DNA from: Opitutaceae bacterium
GTDB taxonomy: Bacteria; Verrucomicrobiota; Verrucomicrobiia; Opitutales; Opitutaceae
Length of the DNA stretch: 64,000 nucleotides
Reading direction: 5' to 3'
Assembly: GCA_035765635.1 (NCBI GenBank)
Contig: DASTWZ010000039.1
Span: 46,829-110,828, forward strand
Position numbers and translations under genes: made by a program. The notes under the pieces are model-generated. The model was given only the letters and a program-made list of their open reading frames with translations, did no database searches and was not told where the DNA came from. Shown in pieces: positions 1-9,329 of this stretch. Numbering within the stretch: the first letter of the stretch is position 1; every line of letters begins with the position of its first letter.

Positions 1-1
1 C

Positions 2-1558
2 GATGGCGCCGCGCTTGATTCACCGGCGATCAATGCGGCGATCGAGGCCGCTGCGCAGAACGGCGGCGGAACGGTGTTTTTTCCGGCGGGCAATTACCTG
101 AGTTTTTCGCTGCACCTGCGCAGTCACATCACGCTCTATCTCGATTCGGGCGCGACGATTGTCGCGGCGGAGCCATCCGTTGATTTGTCCACCGGTTACG
201 ATGCGCCGGAACCGAATCCGGGCACCGACGAGTACGAGGATTTCGGTCATTCCCATTGGCACAACAGCCTGATTTGGGGCGAAGGGCTTACGGATATTTC
301 GATCGTCGGGCCCGGAAAAATTTATGGCAAGGGACTGAGCCGCGGCAGAGATCGGCGCGATCTGTTGCCCAGTGAGCGCAGTCTGCCCGAGGCGCAACGG
401 CCGGATGTGACGTTGCCCGAGGCCGCGCGAGCCGCCATTGCTGCGCAAAAGCCCGGAGCGTTCGAGTATCCCGGTAAGGACACGCTACCTGCTGGCGTCG
501 GCAACAAGAGCATCGCGCTGAAAAATTGCCGCAACGTGATCTTCCGCGATTTCACCATCGAGCATGGCGGGCACTTCGCGATTTTGGCGACCGGCGTCGA
601 CAACTGGACGCTGGATAATCTGAAGATCGATACGAACCGCGACGGGGTTGACCTGGATTGTTGCCAGAATGTGCGGATGTCCAATTGCACGGTGAATTCG
701 CCGTATGACGACGGCATTTGCCCGAAGAGCTCGTACGCGCTCGGCTACGCGCGCCCGACGGAAAACGTCACGATCACAAATTGCCAGGTGAGCGGTTACG
801 ATGAAGGCACGCTGCTGGACGGCACGCGGCGGCGCGACGTGATACACAAGGACGCCGCGACGGGCCGGATCAAATGCGGGACCGAGTCGAACGGTGGATT
901 TCGTAATATCACGATTTCGAATTGCGTGTTTGAATACTGCCGCGGGCTGGCGCTCGAGTCGGTGGACGGAGCGTTGATGGAAGACATCACGATTTCGAAT
1001 ATCACGATGCGCGACATCGGGAACGCGCCGATCTTCATTCGGCTCGGCGCGCGTCTGCGTGGCCCCGACGGCACGAAAATAGGCACGGCGCGCCGCATCA
1101 AAATCGAGAATCTGGTCGCGCACAATGTGAGCGCCGAAAGTGGCATCCTCATCAGCGGTCTGGCCAATGGCCTCATCGAGGACCTTTCGCTATCGAACAT
1201 CTTTATCGACTACGTCGGCGGCGGAACGAAGGAGCAGGGCGAGCGCGTCGTGCCGGAGTTTGAAAAAGAATATCCCGAGCCGTCGCGGTTTGGCCGGATT
1301 CCCGCTTGGGGCCTGTTCGCGCGTCACGTGAAGAATTTCAAAGTCGACCGAGTGGAATTTCGCGCCGCGAAGGAAGACCTGCGTCCCGTCGCGATTCTCG
1401 ACGATGTCGCAGGTGCATCATTCGATCGCGCCGAATTTCCTGCCGCGAAAGGCGCCGCCCGACTGGTCATGAAAAACGTGGAAGGCCTAGTGATCCGCGC
1501 CAGCGCCGACTTGCCAGAAACAAAGAGCACGGAAAAAATCGCTGAGCAGAAGCTCTAG
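2..1558 (+). CDS. glycoside hydrolase family 28 (polygalacturonase-like, parallel beta-helix); 5' end cut by window edge
   Basis: The frame is open to the window start (DGAALDSPAINAAIEAAAQNGGGTVFFPAGNY...). GH28-type motifs are present: NRDGVDL, YDDGICPKS, GRIKCGTE. Confidence 0.85.
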   Translation, partial: DGAALDSPAINAAIEAAAQNGGGTVFFPAGNYLSFSLHLRSHITLYLDSGATIVAAEPSVDLSTGYDAPEPNPGTDEYEDFGHSHWHNSLIWGEGLTDISIVGPGKIYGKGLSRGRDRRDLLPSERSLPEAQRPDVTLPEAARAAIAAQKPGAFEYPGKDTLPAGVGNKSIALKNCRNVIFRDFTIEHGGHFAILATGVDNWTLDNLKIDTNRDGVDLDCCQNVRMSNCTVNSPYDDGICPKSSYALGYARPTENVTITNCQVSGYDEGTLLDGTRRRDVIHKDAATGRIKCGTESNGGFRNITISNCVFEYCRGLALESVDGALMEDITISNITMRDIGNAPIFIRLGARLRGPDGTKIGTARRIKIENLVAHNVSAESGILISGLANGLIEDLSLSNIFIDYVGGGTKEQGERVVPEFEKEYPEPSRFGRIPAWGLFARHVKNFKVDRVEFRAAKEDLRPVAILDDVAGASFDRAEFPAAKGAARLVMKNVEGLVIRASADLPETKSTEKIAEQKL

Positions 1559-1590
1559 TTCTAGTGCGATTTCGACGATTCGGAATACCT

Positions 1591-1970
1591 TAGCCGCGAA
1601 GAGGCACAGCGCGGCGGAACCGCAACCAAAGATTACGCGCGCGGCGCGCTAAGGAAGAAGTAAGAATGCAGAATGATGAATGTAAGCATGGCCAGCCTCA
1701 GTGGGTAGGGCGAGCGGTCCCTCGCGAGCCGCTTTTACGCGTGGCTCAACCTGGAGGTTAGGCAATACGGTTGCGGCTCGCGAGAGACCGCTCGCCCTAC
1801 CTCGGAGGCCGGCATCCATTCGCACCAAAAAATCCTCGCGGAATCGTGCGATTTTGCAGGAAAGCAGTGCAAAATACGCACAGAGGATTCTAGGTCTTCG
1901 ACGGTGCTCAGACATCCGAACCCAAAAATCCTCTTTGCGTATCTTGAGCCTTTTTGTGGCTAAAATGGAT
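1591..1970. repeat. composite intergenic repeat cluster (TTAGCCGCGAAGAGGC..GCAACC unit, AAGAAGTAAGAATGCAGAATGATGAATG unit, palindromic GTAGGGCGAG..CTCGCCCTAC unit, CGCAAAGAGG-type end)
   Basis: About 90% identical in inverted orientation to 22225-22438. The same units recur at 42808-42846 and 62283-62552. Confidence 0.85.
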
Positions 1971-2032
1971 TGGGAAAAGATTGGAGGGCAAAAAAAGGGC
2001 TCAAAAGGGCCAGGCCTTACCTGGCGGCTTTG

Positions 2033-3073
2033 CTACCGCGCGGCCGCTTTCAGATCGTAGAGAAACAAACCGTGGCCGACTCCGGCGGCTTCGCCGGTTT
2101 GGCCCATTTGAAATGCGATATAGTGGCCATCGTCGCTCACCACCGGGTTTGATGCCTTGTAGCCGGGATAGTCGCTGAAATACGTCAGGCGCGTGTAGTG
2201 TCCGCTGCCATCGAGCGAAAGCTTCCAGAGATCGATCGATCCTGGGCCCTTCCGATTTTGTTCATCGCATTCGACCAAGGTCGCACTGCCGTCAGGAAAA
2301 ATGCCTTCAGGCTCGTCGTAGACGTCGGGCGTATCGGTATATTTCGTGATCTTCTTGGTCGCGAGATCGACGCCGCAAACATCGCATTTGCCTCCGGCCT
2401 TTCCGTACGCGCTGAACGTGAGTTCCTTTTCGTCAGGCGCGCGAAAGTTTTGCGGTTCTATCGTGCACGGGAACGGGAGATCGGCGGAATCGAGCACGAG
2501 CCGTTTCTCACCGAGTTCGGGCACACCGTTTTTATAAATGATGTCCGCTTCGTAGAGCTTTGAGCCGGCGTTACCCTGCGTGGCCGCGGTGGCGTGGCTC
2601 CACTCCGCCCAGGCGATGTGCAGCTTTCGTCGCGAGACCGCGGGGCCTTCGTTGATGCGCGGACCGAGGGGCACGGGCGGCTTTTTGCCGCTCTGGTCCA
2701 TGACGTAGAGAAAACAATCCCAACGCGCCTGGCCCGGATTCTTCGTGTCGAACTCCTGTGGGCCGACGAGGAGGATGTCGCCATTCGAGAGATACAAGGC
2801 CCGGGTGAAACCGTGATGGGGAAAAAACGCGGTCAGATTGCGAATCGTGCGCGTGGCAAGATCCATCTCCATCGCGTCGCCGAACGTTTTTGACAGGAAG
2901 AGAATCTTTTTCCCGTCTGCCGACCAATCGGCGCGTTCGCCGAAGTGCGTGAGTTGAACAATATTTGCCGGCAAATGATCGGCCGGGCTTTCCCCGGCTT
3001 TGGGTGAAGCCGAAGCCAGGCAAGCGCCCATGGCGAACGCAGCGAACCAGCACAAGAAGCGGGGCGTTTTCAT
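2033..3073 (-). CDS. secreted PD40/TolB-like beta-propeller protein
   Basis: N-terminal signal peptide MKTPRFLCWFAAFAMGACLASA. Propeller-like segments recur (SADGKKILF, SNGDILLV, SDDGHYIAF). Codon usage is good. Confidence 0.6.
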   Translation of the reverse strand: MKTPRFLCWFAAFAMGACLASASPKAGESPADHLPANIVQLTHFGERADWSADGKKILFLSKTFGDAMEMDLATRTIRNLTAFFPHHGFTRALYLSNGDILLVGPQEFDTKNPGQARWDCFLYVMDQSGKKPPVPLGPRINEGPAVSRRKLHIAWAEWSHATAATQGNAGSKLYEADIIYKNGVPELGEKRLVLDSADLPFPCTIEPQNFRAPDEKELTFSAYGKAGGKCDVCGVDLATKKITKYTDTPDVYDEPEGIFPDGSATLVECDEQNRKGPGSIDLWKLSLDGSGHYTRLTYFSDYPGYKASNPVVSDDGHYIAFQMGQTGEAAGVGHGLFLYDLKAAAR

Positions 3074-3169
3074 GCCGATATTCTTGACGCACCCACGCGC
3101 CTCCGCGAGCCCCAGAAGCGGTTTTGCCGTTCGAATCTATCCACACATAAGAGAAGGCGAGGCAGCAGC

Positions 3170-3520
3170 GGAGCGCTGGCCTCCGGGCCGGCCACCCTTT
3201 TTATCACGGCGCCAGCCGCGGACTCGTTTCGTCGCGAGAAGCGGCCATCGAGTCCGTCCGCGCCCTGTGGCGCGGACAATAAAAAGGTTGCCGGCGGGAG
3301 GACGCCGGCGCTCCCAGATCGGAATGCCGGCAAGGGATGCCGACATTCCGAGAGGCCGCGCTGCACCGGCATCAAAGGCCTCGCACCGCCCTCGAAAAAA
3401 GAACGCTGCACCGGCTTTAAAGGAACGGGGTATTGGCTTCAAAAAGCCGCGCCCTCTGTGGCGCGGTTTTTTTTTGCCGGAGCGCCGGCGTCCTCGCCGG
3501 CATGGATCGGTTCGCCGCGA
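3170..3520. repeat. intergenic repeat cluster (CGAGTCCGTCCGCGC-N-GCGCGGAC hairpin plus GCCGGCGAGGACGCC(A/G)GCGCTCCCAG unit)
   Basis: 3170-3285 matches the reverse complement of 7053-7168. Related units occur at 10762-10832, 30322-30495 and 44583-44678. Confidence 0.8.
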
Positions 3521-3602
3521 ACCGGCAGACTTTCGCAGCAACTCAAGGCATCCGGTCTCGCCCCTTTTTATGGTCAAACGGCCTTCTCGGACGTCCACAG
3601 GC

Positions 3603-5300
3603 ATGCACCGCTGCGCGCACGAAATCCAAGTGGCTCTTTTTCTTGTCGGAAATGGTGGGGCAGCGGGTGCTATTAAACACGTGACCTCCGACAGCGAACT
3701 TCTTCGGCGATATTCTGAGGCGAAAGATGGCGAGGCTTTCGCCGAACTGGTGACGCGCCATTTTGGCTTGGTCTATGGGACTGCGATGCGGCGGGTCGGC
3801 GGAGATGCTCATGCGGCGAAGGATGTCGCACAATCCGTGTTTACTGATCTTGCGAAAAAGGCCTCTGGAATACCGCGAGCGCGACCGCTGCCTGGCTGGC
3901 TACATACGAGCACGTGTTATGCGGCAGCAAAGTTGGTGCGCACGGAGCAGCGTCGCAGACGCGTTGAGCAACTCGCTTTTGCCGACGCCGCCGGACTCGG
4001 TAGCGGCGAAGAGTCGGCCTCGGACTGGACCGCGATCGAGCCATCGCTGGATTCAGCGCTTCAAACTTTATCCGACGAAGATCGCGGCGCGGTCATCATG
4101 CGATTTTTTCAAGAGCGCTCGTACGCCGAAATCGGCACGGAGTTCTCGCTTAAGGAAGACACGGCCCGCGTGCGGGTGCAGCGCTCTCTCGAGAAACTGC
4201 GCGCTGCGCTGCGTCGTCATGGGATTCAGTCAACGGCTGAGGCGCTCGCCATTGCGCTTGCGGCGAACAACGCCACGGCAGCGGCGCCCAGCGGACTGGC
4301 TGCCGTGATCGCTCAAATCGCGCTACGCAGCGCCGCGATGGCATCTGTGGGAAGCGCGGCTGGCGTCATTACGTTTATGAGCACGTCGAAAGTTCTGGGT
4401 TCGGCTCTCGCTGTGAGTCTTGCGATGTCGGCATTTCTGGCAGTCATGCTTTTCCGTGAACGTGCATCGACGGCCGATGCGGAGGTGCGTCGCGCGGCGC
4501 TCGAGAAAGAGCGCTCGAGTTGGACGGAAGCGCCTAACGAAATCGCGCGGCTTCGTGGAGAACTCGGCGCGCTGAAAAAGGCCGAACAGCAGCGAATCGC
4601 TGCCGTCGAAGCGAAGAAGCGCGAGCAAGAAGCATTGGAAACGGATTTGGACAAATGGCTCGATCGCATCGATCGACTTAAACGCTTCGCATCGGCTCAT
4701 CCGGAATGGGTCATACCGGAAATGCAACTGCTCACGCCGACGAACTGGCTGGATGCCACCAAGGGAGGAAACCTCGAAACCGAAGCTGACTACCGGCAGG
4801 CCCTTTCAACGTTACGCATGAATGCGAAAAACTTGATCGCGCAAAAATTCAACAAAGCCATCGGCCTTTATCTGGCAGCGCATCAGGGCGTCCCGCCGGC
4901 CGACGCCCGTGAGCTGGCGCCATTTTTTAGCGAGCCGATGTCGAACGACATTCTGGACCGCTACACCCTGAGCAGCTCCGACGAGATCAAAAATTGGAAG
5001 ACACTTTCCAAGACGGCGAAAGAACCATTCGCGTTCACGGAAAAAGCGGTTTCCGACCCGCTCTGGGATACGGAAATTCTCTTTGCCGAAAATGGCGTCG
5101 CGATGAAATTGGGCGACTCCGCGCTTCGCCGATCCGACGTCGCCTCCGCCATGCGCACTTATACGGAAAAGAACGGAACGCCGCCAACGGAACTCGCGCA
5201 AATCGCGCCTTACCTGAAATCGACTTCGAATCCGGAAGTCCTCGCTGAAGTATTCGAAGCGATTCGTTCCCATCCTGTCCTGCCGCCGAAACCGGAGTGA
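3603..5300 (+). CDS. ECF-type RNA polymerase sigma-70 factor fused to a transmembrane segment, coiled coil and ~260-aa C-terminal domain (alternative GTG start at 3681)
   Basis: Sigma region 2 and 4 style sequence is present (SELLRRYSEAKDGEAFAELVTRHFGLVYGTAMRRVG...; LSDEDRGAVIMRFFQERSYAEIGTEFSLKEDTARVRVQRSLEKLR). A hydrophobic stretch VLGSALAVSLAMSAFLAVMLF follows. The upstream part of the 3000-5300 ORF runs through repeats. Confidence 0.8.
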   Translation: MHRCAHEIQVALFLVGNGGAAGAIKHVTSDSELLRRYSEAKDGEAFAELVTRHFGLVYGTAMRRVGGDAHAAKDVAQSVFTDLAKKASGIPRARPLPGWLHTSTCYAAAKLVRTEQRRRRVEQLAFADAAGLGSGEESASDWTAIEPSLDSALQTLSDEDRGAVIMRFFQERSYAEIGTEFSLKEDTARVRVQRSLEKLRAALRRHGIQSTAEALAIALAANNATAAAPSGLAAVIAQIALRSAAMASVGSAAGVITFMSTSKVLGSALAVSLAMSAFLAVMLFRERASTADAEVRRAALEKERSSWTEAPNEIARLRGELGALKKAEQQRIAAVEAKKREQEALETDLDKWLDRIDRLKRFASAHPEWVIPEMQLLTPTNWLDATKGGNLETEADYRQALSTLRMNAKNLIAQKFNKAIGLYLAAHQGVPPADARELAPFFSEPMSNDILDRYTLSSSDEIKNWKTLSKTAKEPFAFTEKAVSDPLWDTEILFAENGVAMKLGDSALRRSDVASAMRTYTEKNGTPPTELAQIAPYLKSTSNPEVLAEVFEAIRSHPVLPPKPE

Positions 5301-5393
5301 GCGAGCGATGTCGACCCGTTCATCCGATACCTCGCTCGGTGCTGCCTCAAAGAGCTGCGATGTCTTGTTCGGGCGGTTTTGCTGCCACCGAGT

Positions 5394-6446
5394 TCAAGGC
5401 TTGGAGGTATCCGAAAGAGACCACGCGCCGACGGGCTTGCTGCGGAGTTTGCTCACGGTTTCTAGGGTGGCGCGCTGGCAGCGTTGGGGTGGGAGACCAG
5501 CCAGGATGTTTTCCAGGTCGTCGACGACCATCTGGCCAATCAGCGGCTGAATCTCCGGAATGCTTCCGGCACGGTGAGCTTGGATCAGCGTGTTCGGCGT
5601 GGAGCGGCCAGGCTCGTCGTGCGGCACCGGTTCCTCCGGCCAAACGTCGATGCCGGCGCGGATCTGGCCCGACGCGGCGGCGGCAAGCAACTCGGGGAAA
5701 TTCACAATGGCGGCGCGGCTGGCGAGGATCACGACGCTGCCTTTTTGCATGCTCGCGAAATGACGCTGTCCGATCTGGCCGGTGTTTTCCGTGGTGTTTG
5801 CCGCGAGAAGAAAAACGACACGGGCCCGCGCGAAACATTCGTCGAGCGACGCCGGAATCAGATTCTGCTCGCGCAAGACCGAGGGATGTATCCAGGGATC
5901 AGATACAAGGATTTCGCGCGAAAAGGGCTGGAGCAACGGGAGCAGCGCGCGACCCAGATTTCCGAAGCCGACGATCGCGAGGGGTTTTCCCTGCAACAGA
6001 AAGGAATCGTGGTTGTCGCCCTTGAACTCCTTTCCGACGCGCAGCGCCGCATCCGCTTCGTGGATACGCCGAGCAAGCGAGATGGCCATGCCGAGCACCA
6101 TTTCCGCGACCGGTCGCGCATAGACGGGCGCGGTGGAGAGGACCGGAATGCCGCGACGGTGGCATTCGGCGTAATCGATATTCGGCAGGAAATTGCTTTC
6201 AACATTGAACACCGCTTTGAGATGTGGCGCGCGATCGAGGCGGGATTTCTCCAGCGCGGATTGCCCGATCAGCGCGATGGTCTCCGGAAGATACCGGTCG
6301 AGGTGTTCATCCGAGGCGGCCGATCCATCGTGCCAAACGACGCGGCCGAGACGCTCCAGGCGGTGCTTTGTCGCTTCGTCGAAAATGCGATCGATGCGCC
6401 GAGGAAATGGATCGAGCAGGATGATTTTTTCGGATGAGGAAAGCAT
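5394..6446 (-). CDS. D-isomer-specific 2-hydroxyacid dehydrogenase family, NAD-binding
   Basis: Rossmann motif IVGFGNLGRALLPLL and overall layout typical of the 2-hydroxyacid dehydrogenase family. Confidence 0.8.
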   Translation of the reverse strand: MLSSSEKIILLDPFPRRIDRIFDEATKHRLERLGRVVWHDGSAASDEHLDRYLPETIALIGQSALEKSRLDRAPHLKAVFNVESNFLPNIDYAECHRRGIPVLSTAPVYARPVAEMVLGMAISLARRIHEADAALRVGKEFKGDNHDSFLLQGKPLAIVGFGNLGRALLPLLQPFSREILVSDPWIHPSVLREQNLIPASLDECFARARVVFLLAANTTENTGQIGQRHFASMQKGSVVILASRAAIVNFPELLAAAASGQIRAGIDVWPEEPVPHDEPGRSTPNTLIQAHRAGSIPEIQPLIGQMVVDDLENILAGLPPQRCQRATLETVSKLRSKPVGAWSLSDTSKP

Positions 6447-6510
6447 CGAAAAATCCTTACCGCGATCGATGCGCGGTCTGCAACGGCAACGGCAGCCGTG
6501 CTCTTTTCAA

Positions 6511-6966
6511 TCACTTCGGCTGCACGGCGTATTTTCCCGGGCCGCACAGCACCAGAAGCAGAAATCCGAACGCGTAGGCGAACGCCACTTCGCCCGAGTT
6601 GTGACCGCTCAGCGCCATCTGGTGGTGAAAAATCCAGGCGATCGTCAGCGTGATGAACATGCCGAGCGCGTTAAAGCGGGCAAAGAGTCCGAGGATGATC
6701 ATCATGCAGCCAAACGTCTCGAACCAGGTCACGAGCACGTAACTCAATTCGGAGCTGATTCCGATGTAGTTGGGGAAAGTGTGGAATTCTTTTCGCACGC
6801 CCTCGAAGGCGAAGAGGTTCGGCAGATGAGCCGACTGGTCTTTCCAGCCGGTCAATTTTCCCCAGCCGTGAAAACGGAGGACGAGTCCCGCGAGAACGAC
6901 GCGAAAGAGCAGCAGACCGAGATCCGCGTTCAGCGGAAGGAAGGAGAGGCTAAAGAACTTCTTCAT
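6511..6966 (-). CDS. DoxX family membrane protein
   Basis: 151 aa with 4 predicted TM segments. N-terminus LGLLLFRVVLAGLVLRFHGWGKL is typical of DoxX. Confidence 0.75.
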   Translation of the reverse strand: MKKFFSLSFLPLNADLGLLLFRVVLAGLVLRFHGWGKLTGWKDQSAHLPNLFAFEGVRKEFHTFPNYIGISSELSYVLVTWFETFGCMMIILGLFARFNALGMFITLTIAWIFHHQMALSGHNSGEVAFAYAFGFLLLVLCGPGKYAVQPK

Positions 6967-7052
6967 TCCACCGGCATCTATCGGGCCACGCAGAGCCGCG
7001 AGCGCGAAACGATTCAGACGTGAGAACGCGTGTCGGCGCCGGCGTGATCCTT

Positions 7053-7168
7053 GATCGAGTCCGTCCGCGCTCGAGGCGCAGACGGACTCGACGACCGTTT
7101 CGCGCGACGCAACAAGTCCGCGGCTGCCGCCGCGATAAAAGGATGGCCGCCCGGGAGGCCGGCGCTCC
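7053..7168. repeat. inverted copy of the 3170-3285 repeat
   Basis: Its reverse complement aligns with 3170-3285 (GGCCTCC(C)GGGC(C)GGCCA..CCGCGGACT..CGAGTCCGTC(C/T)GCGCC). Confidence 0.8.
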
Positions 7169-7357
7169 GTTGGCCTCCTTTGCGCTTCGTTGGGCTCGGT
7201 TGCGCTTTGCTCTCTAATTCACCCCTCCGGCAGTTCTTGCCCGGGCGGGGGAATCTGGGGTGTGCGAAAACTGCCTAGCGGCGGCGAGGTGGGCGTAAGT
7301 CCCTAGTCCATCGTATTCTGCACGCTTGGCATTTGCGGTGCTAAGTGCCTGGTCCGC

Positions 7358-7882
7358 ATGCAGTCCAACGCCGTAGTCACCTGCCCAAAAGCCTCGAAGC
7401 TCTGGCAAGAGATCGTAGGGACTACTCGCGAAGCCTGCCTCCTCCGCCAGGAGGGTCGCGAACAGGAAGCCGTTGATCTCCTTCAGCAACAGCTCCCCGT
7501 CACGATTCGCCAATGGTCGAACAGCTGCGGCGAGTCTCCCGAACGCTGCCGCGAAATGCTGCGCGAACTCTTCGCCCGCGAGCAGGAAGCCGCCCGCATC
7601 GCGGCGCTCCAACGTCGCCTTATCGTCGACGAGGTCTGCTCGCGCCTGCAGGTCCAGCGCAACGCCAACGACTCGGTCGAAGGCCGCGTTGTAGTGAAAG
7701 AAGCACTACGTCCGCTCCAACTGCGCCACCGCGTTCCGATCGACGACGTCGTCGGCATGCTCGACGCGCTGCAACAAGCCGAACGAGGCGAACTCGCCGA
7801 AGCCATCCTGCCCGCGCGGCAGAACTTCTCCTCCCTTTCTTTCGTCAGCCAACTTCCGTACCCGGACGCGGCGCGCGAATGA
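7358..7882 (+). CDS. hypothetical protein, Cys-containing and probably helical; upstream partner of the actin-like gene
   Basis: High GC3 codon usage in this frame. It ends 36 nt before the actin-like gene on the same strand. I recognise no family. Confidence 0.55.
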   Translation: MQSNAVVTCPKASKLWQEIVGTTREACLLRQEGREQEAVDLLQQQLPVTIRQWSNSCGESPERCREMLRELFAREQEAARIAALQRRLIVDEVCSRLQVQRNANDSVEGRVVVKEALRPLQLRHRVPIDDVVGMLDALQQAERGELAEAILPARQNFSSLSFVSQLPYPDAARE

Positions 7883-7918
7883 TAAACACACGATCCATCC
7901 ATCCAAACTCCCATCGAT

Positions 7919-9064
7919 ATGAGCTCTTCAAAAAATAGCAGCAGCGCCTCCGCGCTTGTGTCCTCCGACAGCAACAGCCCGATCCCGCAAACCACCGCGA
8001 CGAACACCGTTCTCGTGGGTCTCGATTGGGGCACGAACATGTCGTGCGTCATGGCCGCCGCGCCCAACTCCACCGAGTTGATGGTGCACGAGCAGATTCC
8101 GACCGTCGTCGGCTACGCCAACGAAAACGTCCTCGAAGGGGTGATTCCCGGCGATGCCAAAGTCCTTTTCGGCCGCGAAGCCCAGCGCTACGCGAATCAT
8201 CTCAATGTCGTTCGCCCGCTCCGTGGCGGCGTCATCAAGGAACGCGCCGCCGCTCGCGCTTTCGCTCTGCATCTGCGCGATCGCATGAACCTCGGCGAAG
8301 GCGAAATCCGCGCTGTGGTCGGCATGCCGGCCAGCTCGGACGCGGTGGCTCGCGAAGACGCGCGCGCTGCGCTCAAAGGCGTTTTCCACAAAGTCATTTT
8401 CGTTCCCGAGCCATTCCTGGCCGCTCTCGGCTACCGCGACGAGTCGCGCCTTTCCGATCCCGATTATCAGGATCCGGTGCTCAACTCCCTCTACATCGAT
8501 ATCGGCGCCGGCTCGACCGACGTGTGCCTCGTGCAGGGTCACTATCCGACGGTCAACGACCAGCTCAGCGCCACGTTTGCCGGTGATGCAGTCGACCAAG
8601 TCATTCTCGAGGCGGCCTCGGTTGCGTATCCGGATTGTGGATTCACGCCGACTCGCATTCGCGAGTTCAAGGAAAAGCACGCCTCCGTTTTCAACGAAGG
8701 TTCCGCCAGTCCCGCGATCGTCACCGTCATGGTCGGCGGCAAGCCGCGCAAAGTGGATCTCACGTCGCAAATCGCGGCAGGTTGTGACGCGCTTCTCCAA
8801 AAGGTTTTCGCGATGGTCGTCGAACTGATCGGTCGCGCCAATCCTGACCTGGTTTCCGAACTGCTCCAGAACGTCATCGTGACGGGTGGCGGCAGTCTGA
8901 TGCGCGGCTTCGGCGTCGCGTTGCAATCGAAGTTGATCGAAGAAGGTTTTGAAAACCCGCGCGTCAACGTCCTCGGCCAGAACTACAAGGACTACGTCGC
9001 TCGCGGCGCGCTCAAGACGGCTCGCCTCGCGAAAGACCGTCAGTGGCAGACCTTGATCGACTAA
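7919..9064 (+). CDS. actin-family ATPase, MamK/MreB-like
   Basis: Actin-fold motifs VGLDWGTN, AVVGMPAS, LYIDIGAGSTDVC, VIVTGGGSLMRGF. The full length resembles MamK as I recall it. There is a Ser-rich ~30-aa N-terminal extension. Confidence 0.8.
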   Translation: MSSSKNSSSASALVSSDSNSPIPQTTATNTVLVGLDWGTNMSCVMAAAPNSTELMVHEQIPTVVGYANENVLEGVIPGDAKVLFGREAQRYANHLNVVRPLRGGVIKERAAARAFALHLRDRMNLGEGEIRAVVGMPASSDAVAREDARAALKGVFHKVIFVPEPFLAALGYRDESRLSDPDYQDPVLNSLYIDIGAGSTDVCLVQGHYPTVNDQLSATFAGDAVDQVILEAASVAYPDCGFTPTRIREFKEKHASVFNEGSASPAIVTVMVGGKPRKVDLTSQIAAGCDALLQKVFAMVVELIGRANPDLVSELLQNVIVTGGGSLMRGFGVALQSKLIEEGFENPRVNVLGQNYKDYVARGALKTARLAKDRQWQTLID

Positions 9065-9173
9065 CTTTTTTCCGAGTCGGGCGTGAGCGGCTGATCGGGT
9101 AAACTGATTCGTTCGCCGCCACTCGACTTGTTTAGCCTTTCCGGTCGACGGGAGTCTTCCGGATCGTGTGGCC

Positions 9174-9199
9174 CCGGCCGGGATTTATTTCCCGGCCGG
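9174..9199 (+). terminator. GC-rich hairpin downstream of the actin-like gene (no U-tract)
   Basis: CCGGCCGGGA-TTTATT-TCCCGGCCGG, a perfect 10-bp stem with a 6-nt loop. Confidence 0.3.
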
Positions 9200-9329
9200 C
9201 GTGCCGATGGACGTATCCCCACGGCAACTACACAGCGCGAATGTATAAATCGCGCTGCTGAGGCTGCGCTCGGGAAATGGGAATGAGGCTTGCCGCGGGA
9301 GCGGTAATGGTGGTTGGAGTCTGCACCCC

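Noticed and set aside
3000-3602. N-terminal extensions in the ORF track: 3000-3602 of the sigma ORF, 42544-43008, 44739-44861, 44930-45712, 47095-47394, 25951-26112 and 50204-50419.
   Set aside because: The extensions run through repeat elements or overlap the preceding gene in another frame. The recognisable domain or signal peptide begins at an internal start codon, often with ATGA/GTGA coupling to the upstream gene.
3137-3604. ORFs lying wholly within repeat clusters, for example 3137-3604(-), 44348-44887(+), 30180-30570(-) and 50155-50658(+).
   Set aside because: They are translations of dispersed repeats (recurrent peptides such as WERWRPRRH, GSAGILPA, SAFSLQPSAF) that appear in several frames and orientations. 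They are not genes.
7214-7612. 132-aa ORF on the minus strand overlapping the start of the 7358-7882 gene.
   Set aside because: The plus-strand frame has the better third-position GC pattern and continues toward the actin-like gene. The minus ORF starts inside a repeat-containing region and has no recognisable features.
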